Of a stretch of 38,899 bases of DNA, positions 34,467-38,899 are shown in pieces. The position numbers and the translations under genes are program-made. Below the pieces are notes generated by a model. The model saw only the letters and a program-made list of their open reading frames with translations, was not told where the DNA came from and made no database searches. The stretch spans positions 1 to 38,899 of the forward strand of contig JALAGF010001598.1 of assembly GCA_030167865.1 (NCBI GenBank), read 5' to 3'. The stretch comes from Craspedostauros australis. Taxonomy: Eukaryota. How positions within the stretch are numbered: position 1 is the stretch's first letter; every line of letters begins with the position of its first letter.

Positions 34467-36835
34467 ATGGCCGACTGGTGGCAACTGGATCCAGACGACA
34501 TGACCGAGGAGGGACCAACTCCATTCCAAGACGTCTACGAGGATTTCTACTCGGACATGGAGAAACACTTCGAGACCGACCTCCACTGCAAAATTCGCTG
34601 CGACGACTTCAGGAGACAAGCGACAGACTACGCTGTCGGTCAATTCGTTGGAAAACCGAGCACCTTCATCCGCATAGGCACCATGAACCCCAGCTTCGAT
34701 GCCTTCGACTACATGTCATCGGCCACTCCAGAGGCATGGTCGTACCAGGATTCAGAGTACCTGATGATGAAAGGTTTTCTTCCTCCTGAGATCAGCATCA
34801 GCGGAAACACCTTCAAAAGAACTCGCTCCGTCTGGAATGCCATTGCTGAGAACCATCGCTACCGTTTCGCATTCAAACTGCTTCGTCGCCAGGTCACGAC
34901 TATTCGTTCAGGGCCATGCCACACCCAAGTGAATTCGAAGTCGAGAAATTTGTCCAAGGGATGATTGAGACCAACACCGTGCCTTTGAAAGTGGCTCCAG
35001 CGACGCGTGCTTCCGACCAAAACGGATCAACGCTCGAAGTCGATCCATCGTCCATCCTCGACATAGCCACATACATTCCAGAGTATGCATGGGTGAACAT
35101 CGAACAACACGCCTACGCTGTCTCCATCATCGAGCCGCAGCAAGACTCAACAAACTTCCCAGCCTACGTTGATGGACACATGGTGAGCTACTTCGCAACA
35201 GGCGGTGACTTGGACATCTCCGAACGCTCATCCGTGTACAAGGCGTCCAGCAGCAATCCCGACACTCTCTCCTTCGACGAGGAAATTCGTGGCGACAACA
35301 AGGATGAATGGATGCAAGCAGCCAAAAAGGAAATTAAGGCCCTCACGGAAAAGGGAATGTGGGAAGAGATCCCAAAGGCTGACATCGTCAACGATCAAAT
35401 CTTCCCGGGGACCTGGGTCTTCCGCCGCAAGCGTATGCCGGACGGAACAATCAAGAAGTACAAGGGCCACTGGTGCTGCCGAGGAGACCTCATGAATGAG
35501 GATGCATCTACCTACGCGCCAGTCGTGGCCTGGTCATCCGTTCGCATCTTCCTGAGCACATCCATCGTGATGGGTTGGACAACGACATCCATCGACTTCA
35601 CCAACACCTTTGTACAGGCCTCCATCCACAAGCCTGTGTATATTCACCTCCCTTGCGGTTTCAAGTCAAGCAAGGGGCCCAACACCTGTCTCAGACTTCG
35701 CAAGAGCCTCTACGGATTAACAATTGCTCCACGCCTGTGGTATGAGCACCTCATCTGAGCCCTGATCACAGTCGGCTTCACAGCCTGCGACCAGGAGCAA
35801 TGCCTGTTCATCAAGCATGACATCATGATCGTCCTCTACGTTGACGATGCAGGAATCGCCTCCAAAACCAAGAAGGATGCTGACGACTTCATTGCATCAA
35901 TGCGTGAACTCGGGTTCGAGCTCACCCAAGAAGGAAGTTTCACTGAATTCCTGGGGATTGAGCTCTGCCGCGACCCAAAGGCGGACACTGTCCATCTTTG
36001 ACAGCCAGGATTGATAAAAGATCCTTGAGACGACAAAGATGTCGAACTGCAGTCCATGCCCAGTACGAACTACTCAGCTCACACTCGGACAGTGCAAGGA
36101 TGAGCCAGCCATGAACAAGAAATGAAACTACCGCTCCGTTGTTGGTATGCTGCTGTACCTCACAACAAACACTCGTCTAGATCTCGCTTTCGCAGTCTCC
36201 CAAGTTGCACACTTCGGGAACGATCCTCGCCGCTCACACGCAAAGGCCATCAAACGCATCATGCGTTATCTCAAGCACACGGAAACCAAGGGCGCCATCG
36301 TTCGCCCCACCGGGCAACTCGATCTCAAGTGCTACATGGATGCTGACTTTGCAGGCCTCTACGGACGAGAGGACAGCAAAGACCCTGTGTCTGTCAAGTC
36401 ACGCACGGGATATCTGATCATGCTGGGCGGATGTCCTCTCATTTGGAAATCAAAGCTCCAAACTGAGATCGCACTGTCCACGATGGAATCCGAGTACGCT
36501 GCTCTCTCTCTCTGGCTATGCGAACATTGATTCCCATCCAACAGCTCATTTGCCAGGTGATTAACAATGCAGGCACCAACATGCCGCTGCACACCAACCT
36601 CCAGTGCACTGTCTTCGAGGACAACCAAGCCTGCATTTCCCTTGCCACCAATCATCAGCCGACTGCGCGCACCAAACGCTTCTTGACCAAGTGGCACTTC
36701 TTTTGGTACTGGGTGAAGGCAGGCTTCATCTGCATTCAGCACGTCTCCACACCGGAGCAACTTGCCGACATCTTCACGAAGGGATTGTCCATCGTGGTCT
36801 TCGAATACTTGAGGTCCAAGATCATGGGTTGGTAA
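34467..36835 (+). mobile_element. Decayed Ty1/copia pol (RT + RNase H) preceded by an unrecognised ORF
   Basis: RT motifs: EWMQAAKKEIKAL, WVFRRKR, TYAPVV, IDFTNTFVQA, LRKSLYGL..APRLW and LYVDD (35837). RNase H motifs: YMDADFAG, SRTGY, LSTMESEY, FEDNQAC and QLADIFTKGL. Stops at 35756, 35999 and 36123; frameshifts near 34900, 36020 and 36510. Confidence 0.93.
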
Positions 36836-36908
36836 AGACCAACAACAACAAACAACAACGAAGGATGAAGTTTTCATCGATACCACAGCTCAATCACGAC
36901 CCAACACT

Positions 36909-37769
36909 GAGAGGGAGAATTGAAATTCAATAAGGGACAGACTATTACCGGACACGGTATCAACCCGATTGGGAGAAATTCTTGTTTTGGCGCGAAATCT
37001 TTCGACTTGATTGACCACCAAATCTTTTCTCCTCCTTTCTCCCCTCCATTCACGAATCCATCATGACTCAAGCATGACCGACCTGACTCACAACCCACCT
37101 TGGGAACTATATGCTCCTCAGATCCTTTTACTATAACATACCTCGATTCCCTCCATGCTGATGACTACTGCACCACTGCCGTAGTCTTGACGCATGTATC
37201 CAACCTGCTTCAACTCAAGCAATGGAATCCGAGGGTCAGCTCCAGCCACAGCCATTGCTTCATGACCATCACTATCATGTGTCATGACCTACACTGCAGT
37301 GTGTCTATGTGTGTGGAGAGCAAGGAACTGTAATGATCATCTACCCTCCAGCACTGAACCAAGTACATCAGTGCAGGGTCTCGCCAAGTTGTGTGGCATC
37401 GTTTCTTCACCCTACTAACACTACAAGCTAACTCATAATAAACAGACAAGGATTAGCTACAAAGCACTCTTCTACTCATCGTTACAGTAACAACTCTTCA
37501 AACAGCACACCTCTCTTGAACTGCATAACACGGCTATCTCGAAGCCAGCAGATTCACGAGGCATCCTCCACCGATTCGCGCCAACTACGCCCGAATCCTA
37601 ACTCACTGAGTAAAAAGTAGTCCGTTTTTTAGATGAACTTCAACTCACAGCATTAACTCTCATAATCTACTCGTTTCTTCACCATCTACCAGTATTCTTA
37701 ATTGACTACTTGTGGAACAGAAGTACACTCGTTCGGACCCGCTTGCCAATCAAGCCTCTCCAGCCAACA
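36909..37769 (+). mobile_element. Polypurine tract (36909-36919) and putative 3' LTR starting TG at 36921; right end uncertain
   Basis: GAGAGGGAGAA lies shortly after the RNase H stop and is followed by TG. The downstream DNA is non-coding and C/A-rich, with an exact 13-mer duplication TCGTTTCTTCACC (37399, 37671). The end at ...CCAACA is inferred. Confidence 0.55.
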
Positions 37770-37864
37770 ACAACAGCTAAAATGTGATACGCCATTACGT
37801 TTGGGCTCTAGTAGGTAGAGTACGAGCTAGAGCATGCTAGTATGTGTGGCTGTTCATGTGATGA

Positions 37865-38593
37865 TTAGACGACTTCGCAAGCAGATTGCTCTGGTCCAGG
37901 GCAATCCAAAGTTGCGTTGTCGATTACATACGTCTCGTTGGCAAACGTACACAAATTTGCTTTACCGCACTCTTGGCAGAGGAAGTCTTCTGTGCACACT
38001 CCTGGGCTGATGATGATGTCATTGGTTGCACTGTCACTGTAGCCAACATTTCGGCACGTGTTCTCGCCCGAGCAAGCACCGGCTCCGATGATCACGCTAC
38101 CTGCAAATTTGTACCGCCAGGGGCGATGCAAATTTGAACAAGCGAATTCCCCTTTGCACGCCATCTTTCCAACAAAAACACTTGCCACGACCGGTGTGGT
38201 TGTAAACCCTTGCTTGCTTCGAAGCACAGCGTTGATGTATGCATTTTCTGCATCGCATGCTCCTTCTTCCAATCGTATGTTGCCATAGGTGTTGAATCCA
38301 AAACTGCTGCAACTCCCCGTTGGTTCACAAGCTCTGGGCCCGATCACCCTGAATCCGACTTCGACACCAGCAGCTGTATGTCCTCCGAATATATTGCCCA
38401 CACGAAAGCAGGAAGTGATTCCCTTGCAACTGTCAAGTATGATTGCGTTGGGACGCATGTTGGCGCATGCTTGCCGCCCGTCACATGATCCTGAGCTCAC
38501 TGTCATGATGACGCCATCAGAAGGGTCAGTGGTGCAAGCTCTTTCACCGATGCAACATGAGCCATCGCACGCACTCGTCACCACAGTCCCGCT
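37865..38593 (-). CDS. Cys-rich repeat protein (CxGxxAC-type units), probably the last exon of a longer gene
   Basis: About eight units: CIGERAC, CDGRQAC, CKGITSC, CEPTGSC, CDAENAY, CKGEFAC, CSGENTC and CTEDFLC. There is no ATG start, but a CTAAC branch-like motif and AG lie just upstream. Confidence 0.65.
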   Translation of the reverse strand, partial: SGTVVTSACDGSCCIGERACTTDPSDGVIMTVSSGSCDGRQACANMRPNAIILDSCKGITSCFRVGNIFGGHTAAGVEVGFRVIGPRACEPTGSCSSFGFNTYGNIRLEEGACDAENAYINAVLRSKQGFTTTPVVASVFVGKMACKGEFACSNLHRPWRYKFAGSVIIGAGACSGENTCRNVGYSDSATNDIIISPGVCTEDFLCQECGKANLCTFANETYVIDNATLDCPGPEQSACEVV

Positions 38594-38899
38594 CCCAGCG
38601 AAGAGTGTTAGAACGTAATCGTAGATGGGTGTGAAGGATACCGCACCAAGAACGTAGAGTGATCAAGTCGTTGTTGTTGGTGAGGAGAGTGTTTGTTTAC
38701 TGTATTATTCGTATGGTAGTAGGAATGCTGTCAAGCTCACAAGATTGTCTTCTTGGAACTGTGAGCATGAGAGAGGCATGACATGATCTCATGCAATTGC
38801 AAGTAAAAATAACATGGAGACAACACGACAAATGTGCGTGTTACTGCGTGAAGATGAGGTGCAAAAGTCAATGAACAAAACACCGCGATAGCCCGTGTT

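Noticed and set aside
35756..36125. In-frame TGA codons as selenocysteine or an alternative genetic code
   Set aside because: They co-occur with frameshifts in a decayed TE, and intact genes in the window use TGA as a stop.

Overview
This is eukaryotic nuclear DNA, most plausibly from a diatom. The evidence is GT-AG introns of about 150-590 nt, bipartite plastid-targeting presequences and a fucoxanthin-chlorophyll-type light-harvesting gene. The central ~31 kb (1.5-32.6 kb) holds 12 apparently intact genes. In order they are a PLAC8-like protein, an ABCG half-transporter, DDB1, a PsbP-domain protein, aminoacylase-1, a TBC1D20-like RabGAP, a putative thylakoid-lumen protein, a MATE transporter, an Lhcr-like FCP, a small membrane protein, a 4-EF-hand protein and a nucleoredoxin-like protein. 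All proposed splice junctions were checked by hand and keep the reading frame. Both ends are repeat-like. At 33.1-37.8 kb lies a nested, decayed transposon cluster. It contains the 3' end of a tyrosine-recombinase element with structured terminal hairpins, an LTR+PBS, an unrecognised ORF running into a Ty1/copia RT-RNaseH with no visible integrase, and a PPT with a second LTR-like region that does not match the first. A ~35-nt block of that last region recurs inverted at positions 1-40, where an apparent insertion truncates a membrane-protein gene. No CRISPR, rRNA or tRNA was found. I cannot demonstrate a new biological system from the sequence alone; the transposon cluster is the best lead.
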